A stretch of DNA of 64,000 nucleotides, taken from a bacterium. GTDB lineage: Bacteria; Ratteibacteria; UBA8468; B48-G9; DTJG01. Each line of letters opens with the position of its first letter. Position 1 is the stretch's first letter. The position numbers and the translations under genes are program-made. The notes beneath the pieces are model-generated. The model did no database searches and was not told where the DNA came from. It saw only the letters and a list, made by a program, of their open reading frames with translations. The stretch is taken from positions 3,607 through 67,606 of the forward strand of contig JAJYYV010000005.1 in the NCBI GenBank assembly GCA_021800535.1, read 5' to 3'. Of the stretch, positions 1 through 10,619 are shown in pieces.

Positions 1-1041
1 AATACAACAGGAAAATCTATTATATATCCTGGTGCAATTATTTATTTGGGAAAAATAAATTCTGTTGTTCCACATTTTTCAAACAGGATATTCCCTGAAT
101 TTTATGTTCTTACTGCTAATAATCGTGTACAAAATCTTAATCTTGAACAGGTGGGAAATAAACAAAAAATTACCGGTAGTGCATTTGCTGTTCAGAATAG
201 ATTCAAATTATATTATTTTAAATTTAAAAATCCTGTTAAAATATATGCAGAAAATAATGGAAAAGATATTATATGGGAAATAAATATTCCACAAACCGAG
301 ATTAAAAGTAATAAAACTTACCAAATGCCTATATCTGTATATATTGGTCCTTCTGATTATTTTATAGCCAAAAAAGAAATTTCCTCTACATGGGTTTTAG
401 GTTCAGGCCCTTTTGCATCTATAGGTCGTTTTATTTTTGAGATATTAGCAGGTTTACATAAAGTAATTCCAAACTGGGGTTGGGCAATTATTATACTTAC
501 ACTTCTTATAAAAGTGATTTTCTTCCCTATAACCCAAAATGGTCTCAAATCAATGAAACAAATACAAAAATTAAGACCCTATCTTAAAGATATACAAACA
601 AAGTATAAGGATAATCCTCAGATGATGCAAAGAGAGCTTATGGGTCTTTATAGGACATATAAAATAAATCCTTTTGGTGGATGTTTGCCTTTTCTTATAC
701 AGATACCAATTTTTATAGGATTTTTTCTGGCTTTAAAAAATTCTATATTTTTAAGAGGAAGTCCGTTTATTTTATGGATAAAAGATCTTTCCCGTCCTGA
801 TACAGTTTTTCATATTGGTGTAATTCCTGTTAATATTCTTCCTTTTATTATGTTTATTACATACTTTTTTCAGCAAAAAACAATGCCCCAGATGGACCCC
901 TCAGCAAAATATATGACATATATGATACCTGTGGTAATGCTGTTTTTGTTTTATAATTTTTCATCCGGATTACTATTATATTGGGTGGTAATGAGTGTTT
1001 TAGGTGTTATTGAACAATGGTATATTGGAAAAACCACCTGA
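1..1041 (+). CDS. yidC: Membrane protein insertase YidC (5'-truncated by window edge)
   Basis: NWGWAIIILTLLIK, INPFGGCLPFLIQIPIF, LWIKDLSRPD and SGLLLYW motifs; the frame is open from position 1. Confidence 0.95.
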   Translation, partial: NTTGKSIIYPGAIIYLGKINSVVPHFSNRIFPEFYVLTANNRVQNLNLEQVGNKQKITGSAFAVQNRFKLYYFKFKNPVKIYAENNGKDIIWEINIPQTEIKSNKTYQMPISVYIGPSDYFIAKKEISSTWVLGSGPFASIGRFIFEILAGLHKVIPNWGWAIIILTLLIKVIFFPITQNGLKSMKQIQKLRPYLKDIQTKYKDNPQMMQRELMGLYRTYKINPFGGCLPFLIQIPIFIGFFLALKNSIFLRGSPFILWIKDLSRPDTVFHIGVIPVNILPFIMFITYFFQQKTMPQMDPSAKYMTYMIPVVMLFLFYNFSSGLLLYWVVMSVLGVIEQWYIGKTT

Positions 1042-1066
1042 AATTTATACTAATTTGATGATATAA

Positions 1067-1714
1067 TTATATAAGTTTCATTTTTTTTAGGAAATCTATA
1101 GATGCTTTAATTTCTGCCTCTTTTTTTGTTGTTCCCATACCTTTTCCTATAGTTTGTTTACCATCAACTTCCACTTTGATATAAAAAGTTTTTTCATGAG
1201 GCGGACCTTCTTCCTTATACAAAATATAATGGACGCTGGATTTGTATTTTTCCCATACAATTGTTTTAAGAAAATTTTTATAATCTAACAGAGGTTCTAT
1301 TTCTTTTTTAAGTAGAAATTTTTTTATAAATTTTTCTGATTCTTTCATTCCTCCATCAATATAAATAGCACCTATAATCGCTTCAACAATCTGGTCTAAT
1401 CTATAATTTGTAAGTCCTTTTGCTATAACAAAATTTTGTAATTGGAGATTTTCCCCAACAGATTGTAAAAAATTTCTATTTATATAAGCGGCTTTTATAT
1501 TTGTCAGAAATGCTTCGTTTTTATCCGGCATTTTTATATATATATATATTGCTATAATAACATTTAGAATAGCGTCTCCAAGAAATTCAAGTCTTTCATA
1601 AGAAGGTGTATTTTCAGAATAAGCATAGGAAGAATGTGTTAAAGCCTGTTGAAGAATTTCTATATTTTTAAATTTATACCCTATTTTTTCTTCTAATTTT
1701 ATTAATTTCTCCAT
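1067..1714 (-). CDS. rnc: Ribonuclease III
   Basis: ALTHSS, YERLEFLGDA signature, C-terminal dsRBD (GPPHEKTF...KKEAE). Confidence 0.97.
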   Translation of the reverse strand: MEKLIKLEEKIGYKFKNIEILQQALTHSSYAYSENTPSYERLEFLGDAILNVIIAIYIYIKMPDKNEAFLTNIKAAYINRNFLQSVGENLQLQNFVIAKGLTNYRLDQIVEAIIGAIYIDGGMKESEKFIKKFLLKKEIEPLLDYKNFLKTIVWEKYKSSVHYILYKEEGPPHEKTFYIKVEVDGKQTIGKGMGTTKKEAEIKASIDFLKKMKLI

Positions 1715-3125
1715 ATAGCGCTCCTATAGATAAAAAGAAAAAAATAAAAGTAAGTGGAATATTGTCCCATTTTGTATAAAAAGTAATTTCATTTATAGGG
1801 ATAATGTTTGCTTTTAATATTCCAGATATAAAAAGTTTTTTATGGTTTTTATAAAGGATTTTTTTTATTTTTCCATTAGGGGATATGAGTCCTGTAATTC
1901 CTGTTGTTGAAACCTGTAAAACATATCTTCTGTTTTCTATTGCCCGAAAAACATTTTGTATAAAATGCTGCTGTGGTCCAAAAGATTTTCCAAACCATGA
2001 ATCATTTGTCATTGTAATAAGGAACTGACTTCCTGCCAAAATTTTTTCTCTGCTTATATCAGGAAAAGTATTTTCATAACAGATAAGAGGTGAAAATCTA
2101 TATCCATTTAAATAAAATATTTTGTCTGTTTTCCCGGGTGAAAGATCAGGAATAAAATGATAGGGATTTTCTTCTTTATATATATTTCTGAGCCATTTAA
2201 ATCTTTTACCAGGCAGATACTCTCCAAATGGAACCAGATGCATTTTATGATATACATAATGTTTCCCATGTTTTAAAAAAAATGCAGCATTAAAAAATTT
2301 ATTGCCTTTGCTATCTATTGAACCAAAAAGTATTGGCTGTTTTTTGGAAAATTTTAAAAGTTTATTCCATAAATGGGGATATTCTTTAATAAGAGAGGGA
2401 AAACTACTTTCAGGCCAAACAACCAAACTGGATTTTTCTTTAATGGATTTTGTAAGAGACCAGTATTTATAAAAAGATTCTCTTGGTGGTTGTCCAATAA
2501 AACCTGCATTTGCCTGAATAGCATATATTTTAATCTTCTTTTTATTTAGGGGCTTTTTCCAGTGCGGAATAAAAAATATGATAGAAATCAGGACAATTAA
2601 AAAAAATAAAAATTCCCATATTTTTTTCTTTTTCAATAAAAAGGTAATGGAAAAATTTGATAATAAAATAAGACAGGATATTCCATATATTCCCACCAAA
2701 GAAGCAATTTGATTTATATACTTATCATTCCACTGGGAAAAACCAAGTAAAATCCATGGAAATCCTGTAAAAAGATGTGTAATAATAATCTCAATAAAAA
2801 ACCATAAAGATAAGACTATATAGATTCTTTTTGAAGAAGGAAATGAAAATGTAAGATATGTAAAAATACCCCACCATAAAGCAAAATATAGACAAATTAA
2901 AATATAAATAAATCCTGCAACACTAAAAATCCATGAAAAAACAATTACATAAAATATAAAGCCTGATAAAAAGCCTTTGAAGAAATTTAAAACATTGCTT
3001 TCTTCCAAAGAATAAAAAAGTGGTATAAATCCTATCCATGCTAAATACCATAAATTAAATGGCGGAAATGAGACAGATAAAATAATTCCGCTTAAAACCG
3101 CCAATAAAAGTTTTAAATTTCTCAA
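1674..3125 (-). CDS. lnt: Apolipoprotein N-acyltransferase
   Basis: TM N-terminus, GFPW, VWPES, KMHLVPFGE, ICYE, TNDSWF motifs. Confidence 0.95.
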   Translation of the reverse strand: MRNLKLLLAVLSGIILSVSFPPFNLWYLAWIGFIPLFYSLEESNVLNFFKGFLSGFIFYVIVFSWIFSVAGFIYILICLYFALWWGIFTYLTFSFPSSKRIYIVLSLWFFIEIIITHLFTGFPWILLGFSQWNDKYINQIASLVGIYGISCLILLSNFSITFLLKKKKIWEFLFFLIVLISIIFFIPHWKKPLNKKKIKIYAIQANAGFIGQPPRESFYKYWSLTKSIKEKSSLVVWPESSFPSLIKEYPHLWNKLLKFSKKQPILFGSIDSKGNKFFNAAFFLKHGKHYVYHKMHLVPFGEYLPGKRFKWLRNIYKEENPYHFIPDLSPGKTDKIFYLNGYRFSPLICYENTFPDISREKILAGSQFLITMTNDSWFGKSFGPQQHFIQNVFRAIENRRYVLQVSTTGITGLISPNGKIKKILYKNHKKLFISGILKANIIPINEITFYTKWDNIPLTFIFFFLSIGALYGEINKIRRKNRV

Positions 3126-3143
3126 AGGCTCTCTTTTCTATAT

Positions 3144-3617
3144 TTACCTTGTCAAGTTTTCAAAATTTTCTTCATGATTAACTTCTTCTTGAAGAATATG
3201 GCATGCCAATTGATATGTAAGATGGTCTTTCCCATAAGTTAAATCTGCAATTCTTTGATAGACTTCTATTGCGGTTCTTTCGGCATTTATAACCACATCT
3301 ATAGCTTTTTTATCTTCCATATTTTCCGGTGGGAATGGATATGGAGCATTTGCATTTTCTTCCCATTTCTTTGGGTCTACCACTAAGTTGCCTCCAATTT
3401 CTATAATTCTTTTTGCAAGTTCATCAGCATGTTCCAATTCTTCCTTGGCTGTTTTTTCAAGGATTTCTGACATATCTTCTGTGCCTTTTCCTTTTGTATT
3501 TAAAGCCATATAATGATAAGAATGATATGCAAGCCATTCATCGCAATAGGCTTTTTTTAATTCTTCAAGCAGGTTTTTTATATCTACTTTTACGATTTCT
3601 TTTGCTTTTTTACCCAT
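3144..3617 (-). CDS. Ferritin-like DPS-like (DPSL/bacterioferritin-related) protein
   Basis: AYCDEWLAY, EELEHA..LAKRIIEIGG and EEVNHEE di-iron motifs. Confidence 0.85.
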   Translation of the reverse strand: MGKKAKEIVKVDIKNLLEELKKAYCDEWLAYHSYHYMALNTKGKGTEDMSEILEKTAKEELEHADELAKRIIEIGGNLVVDPKKWEENANAPYPFPPENMEDKKAIDVVINAERTAIEVYQRIADLTYGKDHLTYQLACHILQEEVNHEENFENLTR

Positions 3618-3642
3618 TTTTTTCTCCTTTTTTTGTTATATT

Positions 3643-3801
3643 TTAATTAATAAGTTCAAATTCCTCTTTTGGAGCTCCGCATTCAGGGCAAACCCAAGTA
3701 TCAGGCAAGTCTTCAAAACTTGTTCCGGGTTGTATTCCCTGGGTATTATCGCCAGATGCAGGGTCATATATATAACCGCATACTTTACATCTATATTTCA
3801 T
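3643..3801 (-). CDS. Rubredoxin, 52 aa (absent from the ORF track)
   Basis: Manual translation [52 protein letters not shown] with two CxxC motifs; start overlaps the upstream stop (ATGA). Confidence 0.97.
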   Translation of the reverse strand: MKYRCKVCGYIYDPASGDNTQGIQPGTSFEDLPDTWVCPECGAPKEEFELIN

Positions 3802-4295
3802 CTTTTCTCCTCCGAAAATTTGGTTTTTAAAATATTTTCCAGGAAAGATTTATGTGTTTTTTCCTCATTGGTGATTTTTTCAAGAGAAATTTTTGTTGTT
3901 TCATTTTTAGTCATTCCTTGATAGAATGAATAAAGTTCAATAGTTTTTGTTTCTATATAAATAGCAAATTTAATAATATCTTTAATCTCCCTGAATTTTG
4001 TCCAGTCATATTTACCCTCAAAAACTCCAAAATTCATCATTTGATAAATATTATCTTGTTCTATATTTTCAGGTTTTGGAATATCTTTTTGCATATTTTT
4101 AAACATTTTGTAATGTTTTATCTCTGCATTTTTTAATTCTTCTATAATTTTTTTTATTTCTATGTCTGTGATTTTTTCAAGTAATTGACTATAAAATTTT
4201 TCACCGTATTGTTCAATTTTACAGGCAACCTCAAAAGCTATCCATGGATGAAAATCAACAGAGCTAATTTTACCTTCAGTTTTAAATATATTCAT
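3798..4295 (-). CDS. Rubrerythrin-like / ferritin-family di-iron protein
   Basis: Repeated IE..G/T..FY and E..H motifs (AEIKH, EEKTH). Confidence 0.8.
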   Translation of the reverse strand: MNIFKTEGKISSVDFHPWIAFEVACKIEQYGEKFYSQLLEKITDIEIKKIIEELKNAEIKHYKMFKNMQKDIPKPENIEQDNIYQMMNFGVFEGKYDWTKFREIKDIIKFAIYIETKTIELYSFYQGMTKNETTKISLEKITNEEKTHKSFLENILKTKFSEEKR

Positions 4296-5725
4296 TTTAG
4301 AATTTTGTCAGATATTTCTTTATCTATAGCTTTTAATTTTTTCCCGCTGTCATAAACACTTTCCCAGAGAGGGTCCCACATGGAATGTAGTTCTTTTGAG
4401 TATTTATCAAGAAAATCAGCTATATTATCCTTAAGAAGACTTTCTGCGCCTGAATGTGTTGCTCTGGCCCCACTTTCTGCTATAATCTGTCTTAAAACTG
4501 CTGGTTCATCTATAATCATACATGGACACATAAGATTTTTTGAATATGGCTGTTTTGACTTTATTATCTTAAACAGCTTGCTATTAAGAGCATCTTTCAG
4601 TGAAGTGTTTTTTATGTTATCCACTGCAAAATGTGTAAAAACGCACGGTTCAACATCGCCATTTACATTTATATGGAAATAGACTCTTCCTCCTGCAATA
4701 CAACCACCGGCAAGATGTCCATCATTCCAGAAATCCGCAAGAATTATTGGCTTTGTTTCTCTGATAGTCTGGAGTCTTTCTCTTACATAGTGTCTTTGTT
4801 TTGGTGTCGCCATAAGTTCAGTATCCGGCCCTTTCCCAATAGGAATATACTGAAAATACCAGCCAAAAAGAGCACCATTTTCAATTAAGGAATCAATAAA
4901 TTCATCACTATAAATTAATTCTGCATTCAGTCTTGTACAGGTTGCAGAAAAGCCAAAAAGAACCCCATTTTCTTTTAAGATTTTCCATGTGCTGGTTATT
5001 TTATCAAAAACCCCGGGGCCTCTTCTAAAATTCGTTTGTTCTTTAAAACCCTCAACACTGATTGCAGGAGCAACATTTCCCATACGTCCAAGTTTTTCTG
5101 CGACTTTTTCATCTATGAGTGTTCCATTGGTATATACAAGAAAATACATATCACTATGTTTTTCCCATAAATCCATTAAATCTTTTCTAAAAAAAGGTTC
5201 TCCACCGCTTACAGTTATAAAATATATTCCTAATTCTTTTGCTTCAGTAAAAATCTTATCTATATCCCGTGTTGTTAATACATCTGCTTTTGTATAACTT
5301 CCTGCATAACATCCAATACAGTTTAGATTACATCTCATTGATGGGCTTATAACAAAGAAAAAAGGCGGTCTCCATCCCTCTTCATGATATATTCTGTTTC
5401 TTTTTTGTGTCCCTAAAAACATTGCATTAATAAATAGATTTTGGGCAATTTTTTCTTTTGTTTGCGGGGTAAGCTTTTTAGCAATTCTTCTTGCTATTTC
5501 CAGAGAAGGATGACCTTTTTCAAATTTTTCACGGACAATTTTGACTCTTTCTTTTTGGGCTTCATTGGCTGTAATGGTTTCTGCAAATTTTGTCAGTCTG
5601 ACTATATTGGCATCAGATAAATGAGAAAGTAAGCTTAAAATACCTTTTATTGCTTGTTTTGTTCCATATGTTTTTATACTTTGTTTTATATTTTTTGTCT
5701 TTCCTGCTATAGTGGTATTTTTCAT
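4292..5725 (-). CDS. Radical SAM protein with SPASM/twitch-like C-terminus
   Basis: CNLNCIGC, SGGEP, YTNG, GCIAGG...EPC...CPC. Confidence 0.9.
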   Translation of the reverse strand: MKNTTIAGKTKNIKQSIKTYGTKQAIKGILSLLSHLSDANIVRLTKFAETITANEAQKERVKIVREKFEKGHPSLEIARRIAKKLTPQTKEKIAQNLFINAMFLGTQKRNRIYHEEGWRPPFFFVISPSMRCNLNCIGCYAGSYTKADVLTTRDIDKIFTEAKELGIYFITVSGGEPFFRKDLMDLWEKHSDMYFLVYTNGTLIDEKVAEKLGRMGNVAPAISVEGFKEQTNFRRGPGVFDKITSTWKILKENGVLFGFSATCTRLNAELIYSDEFIDSLIENGALFGWYFQYIPIGKGPDTELMATPKQRHYVRERLQTIRETKPIILADFWNDGHLAGGCIAGGRVYFHINVNGDVEPCVFTHFAVDNIKNTSLKDALNSKLFKIIKSKQPYSKNLMCPCMIIDEPAVLRQIIAESGARATHSGAESLLKDNIADFLDKYSKELHSMWDPLWESVYDSGKKLKAIDKEISDKILK

Positions 5726-5753
5726 TATTCCTCCTCTTATTATTTTATAAAAT

Positions 5754-6113
5754 TTATTCTATTAATTCAATAGTTTTATTATTATCTTTTAGCTTAATAG
5801 ATTTCATTTTCCAGTTTTTTGCTTCTTTTTCATCTATGATACAGCTGGAAAGAATTATAATATTATCTCCTATTTCAAAGAATCTTGATGCGGGTCCATT
5901 TAATTCTATTTTTCCTGAACCTGGTTCTCCTGAAATAATATATGTTTTTATTCTTGCACCATTATTTAGATTTAAAACATCAATCATTTCTTCCGGGAGC
6001 ATGGATGCTTTTTCAATAATATATTTATCTATGGTTATACTACCTTGATAATATAACTGTTTTCCTGTAACGACCCCGTTTGAAATTTTGGATTTACACA
6101 TTGTATAAAACAT
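5754..6113 (-). CDS. panD: Aspartate 1-decarboxylase
   Basis: KSKI, YQGSITID (G-S autocleavage site), NNGARIKTY, LNGPASR. Confidence 0.95.
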   Translation of the reverse strand: MFYTMCKSKISNGVVTGKQLYYQGSITIDKYIIEKASMLPEEMIDVLNLNNGARIKTYIISGEPGSGKIELNGPASRFFEIGDNIIILSSCIIDEKEAKNWKMKSIKLKDNNKTIELIE

Positions 6114-6117
6114 TTTT

Positions 6118-6960
6118 TTATTCCCAGATTATATTGTCAATAAGTCTTACATTGTCTATTCTTACTGCTCCGATAATACCTGTTTGTTTTTCAATTTTTT
6201 TAACTGGTTTAAAATTTGATAAATTAATAACTTCCAAGTAATCAATTTTTACAGATTCCTTCAAAATAATTTTTTTACCTTCTTCCAACAGGATTTCTGT
6301 ATCAGTTATGCTATTATATATTACCATTTCCCACATTTTATGTAAAGACTTATAAAGACAGGTTGCTTTTTTTCTGCCTTCTGGAGAAAGATATGTATTT
6401 CTTGAACTTAAAGCCAGACCATCTTTGTCCCGTATGGTGGTCATACCTATTATTTTTACAGGAATATTTAGTTCTTTTACCATTTTTTTTATGATTATCA
6501 ATTGCTGGGCATCTTTCCATCCAAAATATGATTTATCCGGTTGAATTATATTGAAAAATTTTCCTACAATTGTACATACACCACAGAAGTGCCCTGGTCG
6601 TAATTTTCCTTCAAAGACTTCTGAAATTTTTTCTACATTAATCCATGTCCCAAAATTTTTTTGATACATTTCTTCCGTGGTTGGAACAAATAAAATATCA
6701 ATATTTTCTTTTTGTAAAATTTTTATGTCTGCTTCAATCGACCGTGGGTATTTTTCATAGTCTTCCCCTGGTCCAAATTGCGCAGGATTGACAAAAATAC
6801 TTACAACATTATATTGACATTCTTCCATGGATTTTTTTATAAGAGAAATATGCCCTTGATGCAAAGCTCCCATAGTTGGAACAAAACCTATTGTTTTATT
6901 TTGTTTTTTTACCAGGTTTATTATATTTTGTATTTCCTGAATCTTTGATATTATCTGCAT
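6118..6960 (-). CDS. panC: Pantoate--beta-alanine ligase
   Basis: VPTMGALHQGH, SIFVNPAQF, RPGHF, GLALSSRN, RLIDN. Confidence 0.97.
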   Translation of the reverse strand: MQIISKIQEIQNIINLVKKQNKTIGFVPTMGALHQGHISLIKKSMEECQYNVVSIFVNPAQFGPGEDYEKYPRSIEADIKILQKENIDILFVPTTEEMYQKNFGTWINVEKISEVFEGKLRPGHFCGVCTIVGKFFNIIQPDKSYFGWKDAQQLIIIKKMVKELNIPVKIIGMTTIRDKDGLALSSRNTYLSPEGRKKATCLYKSLHKMWEMVIYNSITDTEILLEEGKKIILKESVKIDYLEVINLSNFKPVKKIEKQTGIIGAVRIDNVRLIDNIIWE

Positions 6961-7411
6961 TTAAAATTCTCCATAATTGTTTTATTGATTCTTTTAGAAC
7001 AGGATGCTTTTTTAAAGGGGCAATTTCAAAGAGACCTTTTAAAACAAAATCCCTATGATGAAGTCTCGGATGAGGAATACAAATATTTTCTTTGTTAATT
7101 ATTTTATCATCATAGAACAAAATATCAAGGTCAATAATTCTTGCTTCCCCTTGTTTGTGATAATTTTTTCTCCCTAAATTTTTTTCAATATTTTGTAGGG
7201 ATAGAAAAAGCTTTTCCGGGGAATATTCAGTTTTTCCTTTTAAGACACAATTTATAAAATAACCTCCTTTTACACCTTCTTTGGGAGGATTTTTATATAA
7301 GGTTGAAACCTTATTAATTTTGATTTGTTCTGAGATTAGTTTTAAAGCCTTATCTATGTTTTCTTTTCTTTTTCCAATATTACTGCCAATACCAATAAAA
7401 ACTGTAGCCAT
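6896..7411 (-). CDS. folK: 2-amino-4-hydroxy-6-hydroxymethyldihydropteridine diphosphokinase
   Basis: IGIGSNIG, RIIDLDILFY, IPHPRLHHRDFV; start placed at MATVF rather than at the longer ORF start. Confidence 0.93.
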   Translation of the reverse strand: MATVFIGIGSNIGKRKENIDKALKLISEQIKINKVSTLYKNPPKEGVKGGYFINCVLKGKTEYSPEKLFLSLQNIEKNLGRKNYHKQGEARIIDLDILFYDDKIINKENICIPHPRLHHRDFVLKGLFEIAPLKKHPVLKESIKQLWRILNADNIKDSGNTKYNKPGKKTK

Positions 7412-7416
7412 AAAAA

Positions 7417-8706
7417 TTATTTTATTTTCTGAAAGATTTCCTTTATATATCTTAAATACCATTTTATATCAAATATATCTTCTATTTCTTTTTCTGTAAA
7501 ATATTTTCTGATATCTGTATCTTCTAAAATATATATTTTAAAATCTTTTTTTTCAGCATAGCATTTAAGAGCATTTTTTTGCACAATTTCATAGGCATCT
7601 TTTCTTGGCATTCCTTTTTGACATAGGAGTAAAAGAATTCTTTGAGAAAAAATAAGACCATTGGTAAGAAATATATTTGATTCCATTTTTTCAGGGTGTA
7701 TTTTTAAATTTTCAAAAATATTTATACTTAAATTTAAGATATAATCCAAAAGTATTGTACTTTCAGGGAAAATGATTCTTTCTGCTGAAGAATGGCTTAT
7801 ATCTCTTTCATGCCATAAAGCAACATTTTCAAGACTTACTCCTGTATTATTTTTTATAATTCTTGCAAGACCGCAGATTCTTTCACATATTATAGGATTT
7901 TTTTTGTGAGGCATTGCTGAAGAGCCTTTTTGTCCTTCTTCAAAGGGTTCTGAAGCTTCAGATAATTCTGTCTGTTGAAGTAATCTTACCTGTAATGCAA
8001 ATTTTTCTAATGAAGCAGAGATAACCCCTAATGTGGATATAAAGAACGCATACCTGTCTCTTGAGATTATCTGAGTGGAAAAGTTTTCTGTCTTTAAATT
8101 AAATTTTTTACATACATACTCTTCTATTTCCGGAATAAGATGAGCATAAGTTCCAACAGCTCCTGATATTTTCCCTACTTTTATTTCTTCAATTGCATAT
8201 TCCATTCTTTTTATATTTCTTTCCATTTCAAAATACCATCCGGCAAATTTAAAGCCTAATGTAATAGGTTCTGCATGAATTCCATGAGTTCTTCCTATCA
8301 TTGGAATATTTTTATATTTAATCGCCTGTTTTTTAAAAACATCCTTTAATTTTTTCATATCATCCAGGATAATACTGCCTGCCTGAATAAGGATAAGATT
8401 TAAGGATGTATCAAGAATATCAGAAGAGGTGATTCCATAATGCAGATAACTGCTTGCCGGACCAACAAGGGAGCTGATCTGTTCAATAAATGCAATCATA
8501 TCATGCTTGGTTTTTTTTTCAATTTCCTCAATTTTTTTTACATCAATATATGTTTTTTCTTTAATAATCTTTAATGCACTTTCAGGAATTATTCCCTTTT
8601 TATTCCATGCTTCACATACTGCTATTTCCACTTCTAAAAACTTTTTAAATTTATTTTCATCTGACCATATATTTTTCATTTCATTTCTTGTATATCTTGG
8701 TATCAT
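7417..8706 (-). CDS. purB: Adenylosuccinate lyase
   Basis: MIPRY, HYGITSSD, GRTHGIHAEP, GSSAMPHKKNP, HERDISHSSAER. Confidence 0.98.
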   Translation of the reverse strand: MIPRYTRNEMKNIWSDENKFKKFLEVEIAVCEAWNKKGIIPESALKIIKEKTYIDVKKIEEIEKKTKHDMIAFIEQISSLVGPASSYLHYGITSSDILDTSLNLILIQAGSIILDDMKKLKDVFKKQAIKYKNIPMIGRTHGIHAEPITLGFKFAGWYFEMERNIKRMEYAIEEIKVGKISGAVGTYAHLIPEIEEYVCKKFNLKTENFSTQIISRDRYAFFISTLGVISASLEKFALQVRLLQQTELSEASEPFEEGQKGSSAMPHKKNPIICERICGLARIIKNNTGVSLENVALWHERDISHSSAERIIFPESTILLDYILNLSINIFENLKIHPEKMESNIFLTNGLIFSQRILLLLCQKGMPRKDAYEIVQKNALKCYAEKKDFKIYILEDTDIRKYFTEKEIEDIFDIKWYLRYIKEIFQKIK

Positions 8707-8779
8707 GATTCCTCCATTTTTAAAAGTATCTATGTAAAAATATATTTTAAACCATATATTTAGTTTGTAAATTTTTCTA

Positions 8780-8808
8780 TTGACAATTTTTTATTTTATA
8801 GGTATAAC
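8780..8808 (+). promoter_or_regulatory. Sigma70-type promoter for dnaG-rpoD
   Basis: TTGACA-N17-TATAAC about 30 nt upstream of the dnaG start. Confidence 0.65.
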
Positions 8809-8837
8809 TTTATAGTTTATATGAGGATATTTAAAAT

Positions 8838-10619
8838 ATGGAACAGACAATACCCCAGGGAAAAATCACTGAAATTATTGAAAAATTAGATATATATGAG
8901 GTAATATCTCAATATATTACCCTAAAAAAATCAGGCAGAAATTATAAGGCTAATTGTCCTTTTCATGAAGAAAAAACGCCTTCTTTTCTTGTAAGCCCGG
9001 AAAAACAGATTTTTCATTGTTTTGGATGTGGAGTAGGTGGGAATGCTATAAATTTTCTCATGAAGATGGAGAATATTAGTTTTGCAGAGGCTGTTTATCA
9101 ATCTGCCAAAATCGTCGGGGTACATATTTCACCCACATTTGGTTTTACATCAAAAGATAATGAAAGAAAAAACAGTATCTTAGAATCAAATAAAATTGCA
9201 TTCCAATTTTTTTCTGAAAATCTTTTATACAAAAATAATAAAACTGTTTTAGACTATCTTTCATCCCGTGGTTTTTCAGAGATAAACTTTAAACGTTTTT
9301 CTTTGGGATATGCTCCATATGGAAATAGATTTGTATCTTATTTAAAGGAAAAATCATTTACCTTGGAAAAATTTATTTCCGCAGGTCTTATTTTAAAAGC
9401 TTCTTTTAAAGATAACAATACTTCTGAAAAGATTGTTGATTGTTTTAGAGATAGACTTATTATTCCAATATTTGATTTAAAAGATAATATAATTGGATTT
9501 GGAGGAAGAACTCTTGATGAAAATATTCAATCTAAATATCTTAATACAGCAGAGAATGAAGTTTTTAAAAAAGGGCAGATTCTTTATGGATTAAATTGGG
9601 CAAAAGAAAGTATCAAAAAATATGGATTTGTAATTATAGTAGAAGGATATTTTGACCTGTTAAAATTACATCTTAATGGTTTGGATAATGTTGTGGCTCC
9701 GCTTGGTACAGCATTAACCGACTTTCATTTAAAAATTCTTAAAAGATGGACAGAAAAGATACTTCTTGTTTTTGATTCTGACCAGGCGGGAAGTTCTGCG
9801 ACTTTAAGAAGTTTGGAATCTATTCTTAGAAATGGATTTGATGTTAAAATTGCTCCTCTTCCTTTAGGTTTTGACCCTGATAGTTTTGTAGATAACTATG
9901 GTATAAACTCATTTAAAAATTTTATCAATGAAGCAAAAGATTTTGTGGAATATAAAATATCACTTGGTTCACAAATTTATGATATAAAAAGTGCAAAAGG
10001 AAAAGCTATGCTTGCTTTAGAAATATTAAAATTAACAGAACTCATTCCTAATGCAATTGAACAGAAAATACATATAAAAAAAATTTCAGAGATATTAAAT
10101 ATAGAAGAAGAGGATTTGTTTGATAGTATAAAAAAAGTTAAAATAAATAATTTTAAAGAAGAAAAATATCCTATAAAAAAAATTTCTTCTTATAGACTTG
10201 CAGAAAAAATGCTTGTAGAACTTATTCTTCAAGAGCCTGAATTTTATTACAATATTATAAATAGAAAAGAGATTTTAAAAGATATTTTATCAGATGATAT
10301 AAAAAATTTTTTGGAATCTTATTTTCAAAATAAAGAATCTGATGATGTTAAATTTCCCACTATTCTTTTAAAATTTCAGGAAGAAAAAGCAATAAATTTT
10401 ATATCACAATTTGCATTTATTTCAGAACAGATAGATAAAGAGAAAAAACAAAAGGTTTTTGATGAGTGTTTATGTGTAATATCAAAATCTGCATATCTAA
10501 GAAAAATTGAGGAACTTAAAAAAATAATAAGACAAAAAGAGGAAAAACAAGAACCTATTGATTTGGAACTTGAAGAAATACAATCTCTGTATTATCGTTT
10601 AAGGAGTGGAGGCTTTTAA
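8838..10619 (+). CDS. dnaG: DNA primase
   Basis: CPFHEEKTPSF zinc finger, CFGCG, FGGR, KYLN, VEGYFD, TOPRIM FDSDQAG. Confidence 0.98.
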   Translation: MEQTIPQGKITEIIEKLDIYEVISQYITLKKSGRNYKANCPFHEEKTPSFLVSPEKQIFHCFGCGVGGNAINFLMKMENISFAEAVYQSAKIVGVHISPTFGFTSKDNERKNSILESNKIAFQFFSENLLYKNNKTVLDYLSSRGFSEINFKRFSLGYAPYGNRFVSYLKEKSFTLEKFISAGLILKASFKDNNTSEKIVDCFRDRLIIPIFDLKDNIIGFGGRTLDENIQSKYLNTAENEVFKKGQILYGLNWAKESIKKYGFVIIVEGYFDLLKLHLNGLDNVVAPLGTALTDFHLKILKRWTEKILLVFDSDQAGSSATLRSLESILRNGFDVKIAPLPLGFDPDSFVDNYGINSFKNFINEAKDFVEYKISLGSQIYDIKSAKGKAMLALEILKLTELIPNAIEQKIHIKKISEILNIEEEDLFDSIKKVKINNFKEEKYPIKKISSYRLAEKMLVELILQEPEFYYNIINRKEILKDILSDDIKNFLESYFQNKESDDVKFPTILLKFQEEKAINFISQFAFISEQIDKEKKQKVFDECLCVISKSAYLRKIEELKKIIRQKEEKQEPIDLELEEIQSLYYRLRSGGF

